A stretch of DNA of 64,000 bases. Origin: an uncultured Pseudomonadales bacterium (GTDB taxonomy: Bacteria; Pseudomonadota; Gammaproteobacteria; Pseudomonadales; UBA7239). The notes beneath the pieces were generated by a model. The model searched no databases and was not told the origin of the DNA. It saw only the letters and a program-made list of their open reading frames with translations. Made by a program: the position numbers and the translations under genes. Each line of letters starts with the position of its first letter. Position 1 is the first letter of the stretch. The DNA lies in NCBI GenBank assembly GCA_964403125.1, contig CAYOEO010000001.1, positions 1,384-65,383 of the forward strand. The letters run 5' to 3'. Of the stretch, positions 44,703-54,059 are shown piece by piece.

Positions 44703-45557
44703 ATGCCTGTAAAACCACGCCGCTCCGTTTTATACATGCCTGCCAATAACGCTAGAGCTTTAGAAAAAGCGAAGCAACTGCCCGCCGATTGCATCGTAAT
44801 GGATTTGGAAGATGCTGTTTCGCCCGAAGCGAAAGCCGAGGCTCGACAGCTGGCGATTGCCACCGTGCAAGCGGGTGGTTTTGGTCAGCGTGCAGTGGCG
44901 GTGCGTATCAACGGCGAAGGTACACCGTGGTTTGAGGAAGATTTACAGCAGATTGCTAACAGCGGCGTGCAGATTGTGGTGTTGCCGAAAGTGGAGTCAG
45001 TGGAGACGGTGATTGCTGTAGCTGAACGCTTGTCGCAGGGCGTTCGGCTCTGGGCGATGATAGAGACCCCGCGCGGTGTGATGCAGGTGGATGCCATAGT
45101 TTTTGCCCATCCTGCCTTGGAAGTGTTGGTGATGGGCACTTCAGATTTGGCCAAAGAATTGCGTGTGCCTCATCGCTCAGATAGGGCGGGTTTGCAGTAC
45201 ACCTTGGGGCGTTGTGTGTGTGCGGCACGGGCGGCGGGTTTGGATATCATCGACGGTGTTTACCTCGATTTTCGTGATGAGGTGGGCTTTGCCAACCTCT
45301 GCGAGCAGGGCAAATACTTGGGATTTGATGGCAAATCATTGATTCATCCCAGTCAAATTGATGAGGCCAATCGTGTGTTTTCACCCTCAGTTGAGGAGCT
45401 TGAGCGAGCGGGCAAGGTATTGGAAGCATGGCAGGCTGCGCAGCGCGAAGGCTCAGGTTTGGCAGTGTTGGAGGGCAAGCTGATTGAGAACTTACATGCG
45501 GCAGAAGCAGAGCGAGTTTTGTTGTTATCGCAAGCTATTGCGGCAAACCTAACTTAA
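44703..45557 (+). CDS. HpcH/HpaI aldolase/citrate lyase beta (CitE)-like protein, possible malyl-CoA lyase/thioesterase
   Basis: 284 aa. RSVLYMPANN...MDLEDAV N-terminal motif and the E..RG / DG..L mid-section of CitE-like enzymes. Confidence 0.75.
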   Translation: MPVKPRRSVLYMPANNARALEKAKQLPADCIVMDLEDAVSPEAKAEARQLAIATVQAGGFGQRAVAVRINGEGTPWFEEDLQQIANSGVQIVVLPKVESVETVIAVAERLSQGVRLWAMIETPRGVMQVDAIVFAHPALEVLVMGTSDLAKELRVPHRSDRAGLQYTLGRCVCAARAAGLDIIDGVYLDFRDEVGFANLCEQGKYLGFDGKSLIHPSQIDEANRVFSPSVEELERAGKVLEAWQAAQREGSGLAVLEGKLIENLHAAEAERVLLLSQAIAANLT

Positions 45558-45665
45558 TAAATAAGATTATATTTATATCACAATATATTGTATTTAAATG
45601 TATTTTTAATTTTTATAAATAGTTTCTTTTAGTCATTAGTTACATTAAGTAAATTCTATAACTTT
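45558..45665. other. extremely AT-rich intergenic tract (about 13% G+C by my count) containing a perfect 12-bp palindrome
   Basis: 108 nt between the citE-like stop and the msrA ATG. ACAATATATTGT at 45580-45591 is its own reverse complement. Flanking genes are about 50% G+C. Confidence 0.6.
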
Positions 45666-46304
45666 ATGATAAATAAACAAATAATGGTTTTAGAGCAAGA
45701 TGCGCTGGTCGGGCGTGGCGAAAGTATGCCCGTTCCCGCTTTGCACGCGGTACTACAGGTGCCTATGCAGCCGCTATTCCCAGACGGTTTCCAACTGGCC
45801 TTGTTTGGTATGGGCTGCTTTTGGGGTGCGGAGCGGAAGTTTTGGCAGCAACAAGGGGTTTACACAACGGCGGTTGGCTATGCCGCAGGTTTTACGCCAA
45901 ATCCTTTGTATGAGGAAGTGTGCAGCGGGCTGACAGGGCACAACGAAGTGGTGCTGGTGGTGTTTGATCCTGCCGCCGTCACTTACGAGGCGTTGCTAAA
46001 AGTATTCTGGCAAGGGCACAACCCGACTTTAGGTATGCGTCAAGGCAATGACATCGGCACGCAGTATCGTTCAGGGATTTATTGCTTCGATGCCAGTCAA
46101 CTGCAAGCGGCACTGGCGAGTGCAGAAAAATATCAGCAGGCTTTGAATAGGGTTGGCGTAGGGCAGATTACCACCGAGATTCTGAGTGCGCCGACTTTCT
46201 ATTTTGCCGAGCCTTACCACCAGCAATACCTGGCTAAAAACCCTGCTGGTTACTGTCCCAATATTACTTATCAGGCTACGGGACTGCCGAGCTTCCCATC
46301 CTGA
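45666..46304 (+). CDS. msrA: peptide-methionine (S)-S-oxide reductase
   Basis: 212 aa. GMGCFWGAE active site. The start could be ATG 45684. Confidence 0.9.
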   Translation: MINKQIMVLEQDALVGRGESMPVPALHAVLQVPMQPLFPDGFQLALFGMGCFWGAERKFWQQQGVYTTAVGYAAGFTPNPLYEEVCSGLTGHNEVVLVVFDPAAVTYEALLKVFWQGHNPTLGMRQGNDIGTQYRSGIYCFDASQLQAALASAEKYQQALNRVGVGQITTEILSAPTFYFAEPYHQQYLAKNPAGYCPNITYQATGLPSFPS

Positions 46305-47152
46305 ATGTATTGAAAGGCATCCAAGCATTGCGTCATATGTTGGCGCTGCGCAGGGGGAGCGTGTTCGATGAAGCGCGGGTGATAGGCAGTATTGCCGCCA
46401 GCCATATCTAGGTACATCTTGGTTAATTTGGCTAGTTCAGGTAGATCTTCGTCGGCAAAACGCTGTGAGGCGCAGATGCTCATCATTCGGCGATCGGCTT
46501 GCGTATGGTTGGTGGCGTGCTTTAAGCGGTAGTCAAACACCAAGGCATCGCCGGGTTGCGTTGGAATGCTGATGCTAGGCACATCGTCTTTTTCCAGCCC
46601 GAGATGCTGCTCGTGCTTCCACACATAGCGTTCGCAGAGATTGGCAAATTTATCGCCAAATAAATGGCTGCCGGGGATAGCGCGAAAGCCGCCGTTGTTG
46701 GCATCCAGCGGTTCCAAATAGAGCAGAATTTTGACGTGGCGATACTTAAAGAAAGCACCGTATAAATCGGAGTGCCAATAGGTATCGCCAGTGAAAACAT
46801 TGCCGTCACTGGCGCGATACAAGTAATCCTCGCCAAGCAGAGAATTGAATATGCCGCTGATAACAGGGTGTTCCAGCAGGGCAGATAGCTTGGGATCTCG
46901 TTCAATAAATTGCAGCAGAAAGCGGCGTGATTTCATGTAGTGCGCTTCGTGTCGCCAATCGACCACTTCCGATTCGTTTTGATCAAGCAGATGATTAAAA
47001 GTACTTGAGATTTCTTCGATACAGTCTTTCAGCAGACCTGGAATGACTAGATAACCAAAAGTATCAAAAAAGTTTTTTTGTTGACGAGTGAGAATCAGCG
47101 GAGTGGAAGTCATGTGTGTACTCATCGAGCTGGTGGCGCTGCGATTTTGCAA
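46271..47152 (-). CDS. phytanoyl-CoA dioxygenase (PhyH) family Fe(II)/2-oxoglutarate oxygenase
   Basis: 293 aa. WHSD (HxD), [10 protein letters not shown] and distal His in RLKHAT. The start may be Met10 or Met14. Its 3' end overlaps msrA by 34 nt (convergent). Confidence 0.65.
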   Translation of the reverse strand: MQNRSATSSMSTHMTSTPLILTRQQKNFFDTFGYLVIPGLLKDCIEEISSTFNHLLDQNESEVVDWRHEAHYMKSRRFLLQFIERDPKLSALLEHPVISGIFNSLLGEDYLYRASDGNVFTGDTYWHSDLYGAFFKYRHVKILLYLEPLDANNGGFRAIPGSHLFGDKFANLCERYVWKHEQHLGLEKDDVPSISIPTQPGDALVFDYRLKHATNHTQADRRMMSICASQRFADEDLPELAKLTKMYLDMAGGNTAYHPRFIEHAPPAQRQHMTQCLDAFQYIQDGKLGSPVA

Positions 47153-47313
47153 TAGTTGCGATTAGTGATGGATTGATACGGGTCAAACTACCACGCCATA
47201 AAAGGAAACGGCAACCGTTTTTCGTAGCAACACTATGAATTTGCAGGCTTTTATCGCGTTGAATTTGATAGGCGCTTTCGGCATCATGGCTCGCCTTTTT
47301 CTGATTCGAATCG

Positions 47314-48264
47314 ATGTCAACAGAGTCTCTACAGCGCCGTATTGTTGTGACAGGTGCCGCCGGTTTGGTCGGGCAAAACCTGTTATTGCTGTTGAGTGAG
47401 AGGGGCTATCGCAATGTAGTGGCGCTTGATCGTCAGGCCGAGAATCTCGCTATTGCCGCACGTTTGAATCCTTGCGTACAAACTTTGTGCGCAGATTTGG
47501 CAGAAGCAGGGGAGTGGCAGCAAGCCTTTGCTGGTGCGGATGTGGTGATACAACTGCACGCGCAAATTACGGCCGTGCAAGATGCTGTGTTTGAGCGCAA
47601 TAACATCGAAGCCACGCGCCATGTGTTGGCTGCTTGTCAGCAGCACGGCGTGCCGTATTTATTGCATGTCAGCTCCTCGGTTTTACATTCGATGGCGGAT
47701 GACGCTTACACCCGCACCAAGCGCGAGCAAGAAGCGCTTGTTAAACAATCGGGTATCGCACATTGTATTTTGCGCCCCACACTGATGTTCGGTTGGTTTG
47801 ATCCCAAACATTTTGGTTGGCTTTCGCGCTTTATGGAGCGCACGCCCATATTTCCCATCCCTGGTGACGGAAAATTTCTGCGACAGCCCTTATACAACCG
47901 CGATTTTTGTCGCGTGATCTTGGCGTGTTTGGAATCGCAGAGGGCAGGGGCTGCCTATGATATAGTCGGACGCGAAGATATCGACTATGTCTCCATCATC
48001 AAAACGATTCGCGATGTCAAAGCGCTGCAAACAATCATCTTGCATATTCCGTTTGCTTTTTTTGATGTGTTGTTGCGCTTGGCGGCTAAGTTGATGCGTC
48101 AACCACCGTTTACCAGTGCGCAATTACATGCACTGGCGGCGGGGGATTATTTTGTCGGTGTCGATATCGAACAAGAATTTGGTGTAAAGCCGACACCGTT
48201 TATACAAGCAATTCAAGAAACGTTTTTACATCCTATTTATTCATCGATTGTGGTTAAGCGTTAA
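47314..48264 (+). CDS. NAD(P)-dependent atypical SDR (epimerase/dehydratase family)
   Basis: 316 aa. VTGAAGLVGQNL Rossmann motif and YTRTK (YxxxK). Confidence 0.75.
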   Translation: MSTESLQRRIVVTGAAGLVGQNLLLLLSERGYRNVVALDRQAENLAIAARLNPCVQTLCADLAEAGEWQQAFAGADVVIQLHAQITAVQDAVFERNNIEATRHVLAACQQHGVPYLLHVSSSVLHSMADDAYTRTKREQEALVKQSGIAHCILRPTLMFGWFDPKHFGWLSRFMERTPIFPIPGDGKFLRQPLYNRDFCRVILACLESQRAGAAYDIVGREDIDYVSIIKTIRDVKALQTIILHIPFAFFDVLLRLAAKLMRQPPFTSAQLHALAAGDYFVGVDIEQEFGVKPTPFIQAIQETFLHPIYSSIVVKR

Positions 48265-48270
48265 TCAATA

Positions 48271-49563
48271 ATGACAGGTACAACAAAAAAAATTGCTGTT
48301 CTCGGTGGCGGTCCTATGGGCTTGGCTGCTGCATGGCGCTTGCTAAAACAGGGGCATCAAGTCAGTCTGTTTGAAGCAGGTGAACGCTTGGGCGGAATGT
48401 CGGCTTCATTTGATTTTGATGGTCTAGCTATCGAACGGTTTTTTCATTTTTTATGCACAACAGACTACGATTATTTTGAATTGTTAAATGAATTGGGTAT
48501 TGCCGATCAGCTGCGCTGGGTGAATACCCGCATGGGTATGTTTCACCAACAAAAATTGTACAACTGGGGCGAGCCCATCGCGCTGCTAAAATTTCCAAGT
48601 CTGTCTTTGTTAGAGAAAATTCGCTACGCCTTTCAAGTGATGTATTGCAAAAATCTCAAAGATTTTTCTGATTTGGATAAACAAACAGCAACTTCGTGGC
48701 TGAAAAAAATGTTGGGAGAGAGAACGTATTCCATTCTGTGGGAACCGCTGTTATCGTTGAAGTTTTATCAATTCAAAGATGAAGTGTCGGCTGCGTGGAT
48801 AGCTGCTCGCGTGCAGCGCGTCGCGCACAGCAGGCAAAGTCTATTTAAAGAGAAGTTGGGTTATTTAGAGGGAGGCTCGGACGCTTTTCTTCACGCCATA
48901 GAAAAAGCCATTCGTGAAAAGGGCGGAGCTATTCACTTGGGTACGCCAATTGAGCAAGTGCAAGTGAAAGATGGAAAAATTCATGGCTTAAAAATTGGTG
49001 GTGCAACGCACCATTTCGATGCCGCCATTTCAACCATTCCACTGCCTTATATCGCGCGCATCATTCCCGATTTGCCGCAGACGGATTTAGATAAGTTAGC
49101 AGCAATTCGCAATGTCGGTGTGGTGACGGTCAAACTGAAATTGACGCAGTCGCTCACACCGTATTTTTGGCTGAATATCACTGATACTCGTTATGGAATT
49201 CCTGGTGTTATCGAATACACCAATTTGAATCCTCTATCGGATACGGTTGTCTATATTCCGTATTACATGCCGCAAGACAACGCCAAATACAGTTGGGATA
49301 ACGAGCAATTCCGTTTGGAAACGATCAAGTGTTTGCAAGACATCAACCCTGCGTTTGATGAAAGTTGGATTAAGGCGCTGCATGTCTCGCGTTATTTCTA
49401 CGCGCAGCCCGTTTGCACGCCAAACTTTTTAGCCTCATTGCCGTCGATGAAAAGTACCATTGAAGGTTTCTTTATGGCGGATACCAGCTATTACTACCCG
49501 CAAGACCGAGCCATCACTGACAGTATAAAAATGGGAAATCAGTTGGCAGATATGGCTGTATGA
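48271..49563 (+). CDS. FAD/NAD(P)-dependent oxidoreductase (amine oxidase / CrtI / HemY-like fold)
   Basis: 430 aa. IAVLGGGPMGLAAAWRLLKQGHQVSLFEAGERLGG is a dinucleotide-binding GxGxxG + E...GG motif. Confidence 0.75.
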   Translation: MTGTTKKIAVLGGGPMGLAAAWRLLKQGHQVSLFEAGERLGGMSASFDFDGLAIERFFHFLCTTDYDYFELLNELGIADQLRWVNTRMGMFHQQKLYNWGEPIALLKFPSLSLLEKIRYAFQVMYCKNLKDFSDLDKQTATSWLKKMLGERTYSILWEPLLSLKFYQFKDEVSAAWIAARVQRVAHSRQSLFKEKLGYLEGGSDAFLHAIEKAIREKGGAIHLGTPIEQVQVKDGKIHGLKIGGATHHFDAAISTIPLPYIARIIPDLPQTDLDKLAAIRNVGVVTVKLKLTQSLTPYFWLNITDTRYGIPGVIEYTNLNPLSDTVVYIPYYMPQDNAKYSWDNEQFRLETIKCLQDINPAFDESWIKALHVSRYFYAQPVCTPNFLASLPSMKSTIEGFFMADTSYYYPQDRAITDSIKMGNQLADMAV

Positions 49564-50000
49564 ATTTTATTGTTAAAAAAATCCTCGAAGATTTTCTTTC
49601 GCCTCAGTTTATAAAATTCTTTTTTTCTGCACTGATTGCAGCCGCTGTCAATTTTTTAGTGCGATTGGCATTAGATCCGTATGTGGGATATTCCTACGCT
49701 ATTGTTATTGCCTACATTATAGGCACTGTATTTGCTTTTGTTCTTTACCAACGTGAAGTCTTTGGCAATGGTATTCGTCCTCTGTGGCAAGAGATTTTTC
49801 TCTTTATTTTTGTGACGTTGGCTGCGATTGCGCAAACATTGATTGTCAGTGTTGTATTGGCAGATCATTTATTTCCTGCAATCAATTGGTTATGGCATCC
49901 GAAAGAACTGGCCCATATCATTGGTATGGGTGTACCCATGTTCAGCAGTTTTCTCGGGCATAAATACCTAACATTCAGCCAACACACGATTCCCGATTAA
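49560..50000 (+). CDS. GtrA family membrane protein
   Basis: 146 aa, four TM helices. FIKFFFSALIAAAVNF start and a ...GHKYLTF end resemble GtrA-like proteins. Its ATGA start overlaps the upstream stop. Confidence 0.7.
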   Translation: MNFIVKKILEDFLSPQFIKFFFSALIAAAVNFLVRLALDPYVGYSYAIVIAYIIGTVFAFVLYQREVFGNGIRPLWQEIFLFIFVTLAAIAQTLIVSVVLADHLFPAINWLWHPKELAHIIGMGVPMFSSFLGHKYLTFSQHTIPD

Positions 50001-50028
50001 CAGTTTTTATTTATCACAGGAATATTTC

Positions 50029-51579
50029 ATGTTGCACCCACATTTTCATGCTAAAACGCGTCCAAATCATCCTGCCGTTATCATGGCCAGCACAGGCGAA
50101 ACCATTTCGTTTGGTCAATTAGAAGCGCGTTCCAATCAAATCGCCCATCTCATGCGCCATCATGGTTTACAACGTGGCGATCACATGGCATTTTTGTTGG
50201 ACAACCATGTGCGTTTTTTTGATTTGGTGTGGGGTGCTACGCGTGCTGGGTTGTATTTCACGCCGATCAGCTATTACCTGCAACCGGATGAAATTGAATA
50301 CATCATCAATAACTGCCACGCCAAAGTATTGGTGGTGGCTGAAAAATTTGCTGACAAAATCAAACCGATTTTGGACAAAATTCCCGAAGTCAAAGTTTGT
50401 TACATGATTGATGGCGTGCAAGCACCCTTTAACAGTTGGGAAGAAGCAACAGCTGCGATGCCGGCCACGCCGATTGCTGATGAATCCGAAGGGCGTGAGA
50501 TGTTGTATTCCTCAGGCACAACGGGTCGCCCTAAAGGCATTAAGTTTCCGTTGAGTGATGGTGGTTTGGGTGAAGCGCCTGACATTGTGCGCTCTGTTGG
50601 TTTGGCACAGTTCATGGGTGTGAATCACGATACGGTATCGCTTTCGACTTCACCTTTGTATCACTCTGCGCCTTTGGGTTTCGCAACAGGCTGTCATCGC
50701 TTGGGTTCTACCGTTGTTATCATGGAAAAGTTTGATGAAGAAAAATCGCTACAGTTAATTGAGAAATACAAAATTGCGTACAGCCAATGGGTGCCAACCA
50801 TGTTTGTGCGCTTGTTGAAATTGCCAGAAACGGTGCGCCAAAAATACGATGTGTCCAGCATGAAATTTGCTATTCACGGTGCTGCGCCGTGTCCTGCAGA
50901 AGTGAAGCAAAAAATTATGGCGTGGTGGGGGCCTGTGTTGTGGGAGTTTTATTCGGGCTCAGAGCGCAACGGTATTTTTATGGTCAGCCCGCAGGAGTGG
51001 TTGGCACATCCAGGCACGGTTGGCAAATGTGTGGATGCCAAAGTGCATATCGTTGACGACGAAACGGGCGAAGAATTACCCGCTGGGAAAATCGGTACGA
51101 TTTATTGTTCGCAGGGTGCAAACTTCGACTACCACGGCGATACCGATAAGAAAAAATCCATCACTATTCGTGATGGCTGGACCACAATCGGCGATGTGGG
51201 TTATCTCGATGCCAATGGCTATTTATTTTTGACTGATAGAAAGTCTTACATGATTATTTCTGGCGGCGTGAATGTGTACCCACAAGAAACGGAAGACTGT
51301 TTGATTACGCACGACAAAGTTTTTGATGTGGCTGTGTTTGGTGTGCCGCATCCAGAAATGGGAGAAGAAGTGAAAGCGGTGGTGCAGCCAAGACATTGGC
51401 AAGAAGCGGGCCCAGAGTTGGAAAAAGAACTGATCGAGTTTTGTCGTTCAAAAATCAGCGCGATCAAATGCCCGCGCAGTATTGATTTTGAAAAAGAACT
51501 GCCACGCGAAGAAACAGGAAAAATCAAAAAACGCTTAATTAAAGATAAGTACTGGCAGACTGGCAAGGCGATTAACTGA
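50029..51579 (+). CDS. AMP-dependent acyl-CoA synthetase/ligase
   Basis: 516 aa. YSSGTTGRPKGI, GWTTIGDVGYLD and GKIKKRLIKD motifs. Confidence 0.8.
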   Translation: MLHPHFHAKTRPNHPAVIMASTGETISFGQLEARSNQIAHLMRHHGLQRGDHMAFLLDNHVRFFDLVWGATRAGLYFTPISYYLQPDEIEYIINNCHAKVLVVAEKFADKIKPILDKIPEVKVCYMIDGVQAPFNSWEEATAAMPATPIADESEGREMLYSSGTTGRPKGIKFPLSDGGLGEAPDIVRSVGLAQFMGVNHDTVSLSTSPLYHSAPLGFATGCHRLGSTVVIMEKFDEEKSLQLIEKYKIAYSQWVPTMFVRLLKLPETVRQKYDVSSMKFAIHGAAPCPAEVKQKIMAWWGPVLWEFYSGSERNGIFMVSPQEWLAHPGTVGKCVDAKVHIVDDETGEELPAGKIGTIYCSQGANFDYHGDTDKKKSITIRDGWTTIGDVGYLDANGYLFLTDRKSYMIISGGVNVYPQETEDCLITHDKVFDVAVFGVPHPEMGEEVKAVVQPRHWQEAGPELEKELIEFCRSKISAIKCPRSIDFEKELPREETGKIKKRLIKDKYWQTGKAIN

Positions 51580-51592
51580 CGCGGTGTAAGTC

Positions 51593-52240
51593 ATGTCTCG
51601 ACAATCAGATATAGAGCTTGTGTTATTTGATTTTGGTGGTGTCTTTACTGCATCACCTTTTTTTGCCGTGGAAGCAATGGCAAAAGAAATGGCTGTCAAT
51701 GCTGAGAAATTTTCTGAATTGATGTTCGGCGCGTATCATCTCGACACCGAGCATCCGTGGCATCAGTTAGAGCGAGGTGAGCTCAGTTTCGATGCCGCGC
51801 GTGAGCAAATTATTGCCCTGGGCAAGCAAAATAATCTCACTGTCGATCCGTTGGATTTATTGGTGCGTATGGCGAGTGGGCAGTTGATGCAAGAGACGAT
51901 GATAGATGCGTTGCGTGCAGTCAAAGCCGCAGGCTTTGCTACCGGCGTCATCACCAACAATGTGCGCGAGTTCCGCGATGGCTGGCGCGCGTTGATGCCA
52001 GTGGATGAATTGATTGATTGCGTGTTTGATTCCAGCGAGTTAGGTATGCGCAAACCCAATCCTGCTATTTATCAACACGCGCTGCATGCAATGGGTGGCG
52101 TGTCGCCTGCACGCGCTGTATTTTTGGATGATGTGGAACAGAATGTGCTGGCTGCAAAACAACTGGGCATACAGGGCATTCATGTCACACAAAATACACA
52201 AGCGGCTATCGCTGAGCTAAAAACTTTATTGTGTTTGTGA
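51593..52240 (+). CDS. HAD superfamily hydrolase (subfamily IA-like)
   Basis: 215 aa. Motif I LFDFGGVF, motif II ITNN, motif IV FLDDVEQNV. Confidence 0.8.
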   Translation: MSRQSDIELVLFDFGGVFTASPFFAVEAMAKEMAVNAEKFSELMFGAYHLDTEHPWHQLERGELSFDAAREQIIALGKQNNLTVDPLDLLVRMASGQLMQETMIDALRAVKAAGFATGVITNNVREFRDGWRALMPVDELIDCVFDSSELGMRKPNPAIYQHALHAMGGVSPARAVFLDDVEQNVLAAKQLGIQGIHVTQNTQAAIAELKTLLCL

Positions 52241-53041
52241 GTTGCTCTCTGGCAGATAGTCAGCGCCTAAGTACGCTTCAATCACAGCAGGATCTTGTTG
52301 TACTTGCTCCGGTTTTCCTTCTGCAATTTTCTTGCCGTAATCCAGTACCGTGATGTAATCACATAAACCCATCACCAGTTTGACATCGTGTTCAATCAAT
52401 AGCACGGTGATGCCGTCTTGGCGAATACGCAGCAATAATTCGCGCAATTCTTCCGTTTCTGTTGGGTTCATGCCCGCAGCGGGCTCATCTAACGCGAGCA
52501 GGAGTGGTTCAGTGGCGAGTGCGCGGGCAATTTCCAATTTGCGTTGCAAACCGTAGGGCAGGTCAGCTGCGCGTTTATCGTAAATTTGAGTTGGAAGGTC
52601 GACATACTTTAATAATTCAATCGCGCGTTGCTGTATCGCGGCTTCTTCTTTGCGCTCTTGCGAATGTCGCAATACAGCACCCAACGCGCCAGTTTTTGTG
52701 CGCGGATGGCGGCCTATCATCACATTTTCTAAAGCCGTCATATTGCTGAATAAACGAATATTTTGAAAAGTTCTGGCGATACCGTGCTGCACGATACGAT
52801 GCGGCGGCGCGTTCAAAATATCTTGCTCGCGCAGCAATAGTTTTCCTGTGTCTGCTTGATACAGACCGGTCAAAATATTGAACAGTGAAGTTTTGCCCGC
52901 GCCATTGGGGCCGATAATGCCGTAGATGGTTTGCGCAGGCACGCTAAAAGAAACGCCGTCCAATGCGCGTAAACCGCCGAAACTTTTGCCGATATTTTGT
53001 GCTTGCAGCAGTGGAGCGTTTTGCATATCAACGGCTACCAA
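52226..53041 (-). CDS. livG: branched-chain amino acid ABC transporter ATP-binding protein (LivG type)
   Basis: 271 aa. GPNGAGKTS Walker A, LPYGLQRKLEIARAL signature region, LLALDEPAAG Walker B. Confidence 0.85.
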   Translation of the reverse strand: MVAVDMQNAPLLQAQNIGKSFGGLRALDGVSFSVPAQTIYGIIGPNGAGKTSLFNILTGLYQADTGKLLLREQDILNAPPHRIVQHGIARTFQNIRLFSNMTALENVMIGRHPRTKTGALGAVLRHSQERKEEAAIQQRAIELLKYVDLPTQIYDKRAADLPYGLQRKLEIARALATEPLLLALDEPAAGMNPTETEELRELLLRIRQDGITVLLIEHDVKLVMGLCDYITVLDYGKKIAEGKPEQVQQDPAVIEAYLGADYLPESNSQTQ

Positions 53042-54059
53042 AACGCGCAGGCCACAGGCCTTGCGGCTTGTACAGCATGGTGGCGACGAGGGTTACACCA
53101 AACAACAACATGCGCAGGTTTTCTGGATCAATAATCACGCGCCCCATCAACGCTCTTTGCGCAGGAATGGCGAGATCGCGAAATAGTTCTGGTGTAATCG
53201 TCAATAACACCGCACCAAGAATCACGCCCGCAATATTGCCCATGCCACCTAGAACCACCATGCACAACACCATGATAGATTCGATCAGCGTAAAGCTTTC
53301 TGGGCTGACAAAGCCTTGGAAACCAGAGAACAAACCGCCGGCCACGCCGCCAAAAGATGCACCCATCGCAAACGCTAATAATTTGATATTGCGCGTGTTG
53401 ATGCCGCAGGCTTTGGCTGCCATTTCATCTTCGCGAATTGCCATCCATGCGCGCCCAATGCGCGAGTTTTGCAAACGGATAGAAATAAAAATGACGACAC
53501 AAGCGAGCAACAAAAATAAGTAGTAGTAAAAGTAAACAGAAGTGATGCGCAAACCAAAAATAGAAAAGGATATTGCGGGAAACAGAGGATCAATCAAATT
53601 GATGCCTTGCGGGCCGTTGGTCAAATTAAACGGTCTGTCTAAGTTGTTCATAAACAAACGCACAATTTCGCCAAAGCCTAAAGTGACTATTGCCAAATAA
53701 TCACCGCGCAAACGCAAAGTCGGTGCGCCCAACAACACACCAAAAAATCCAGCAACGACTGCACCCAAAGGCAAAATCACAAAAGGCGACCAATGCAAAC
53801 CCAAATGCGGCGAAGCAAGCAGAGCGTACAAATACGCGCCGATGGCGTAAAACGCGATGTAGCCGAGATCCAACAACCCCGCGTAACCGACCACGATATT
53901 CAAGCCCAGCGCGAGCATGGCGTAGAGCAGCACAAAATCCAGTGTGCGCACCCAACCACTGCCGAGCGTCATGCCGGTGAGTAGGGGCAGCAACAGGGCG
54001 GCAGTCAATACCACCAAGGCATAGCCCATCCAAATGCGGCGAGGGATGGCAGTAGACAT
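53028..54059 (-). CDS. livM: branched-chain amino acid ABC transporter permease (LivM type)
   Basis: 343 aa, polytopic. Overlaps livG by 14 nt and abuts livH. Confidence 0.85.
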   Translation of the reverse strand: MSTAIPRRIWMGYALVVLTAALLLPLLTGMTLGSGWVRTLDFVLLYAMLALGLNIVVGYAGLLDLGYIAFYAIGAYLYALLASPHLGLHWSPFVILPLGAVVAGFFGVLLGAPTLRLRGDYLAIVTLGFGEIVRLFMNNLDRPFNLTNGPQGINLIDPLFPAISFSIFGLRITSVYFYYYLFLLLACVVIFISIRLQNSRIGRAWMAIREDEMAAKACGINTRNIKLLAFAMGASFGGVAGGLFSGFQGFVSPESFTLIESIMVLCMVVLGGMGNIAGVILGAVLLTITPELFRDLAIPAQRALMGRVIIDPENLRMLLFGVTLVATMLYKPQGLWPARFGSR

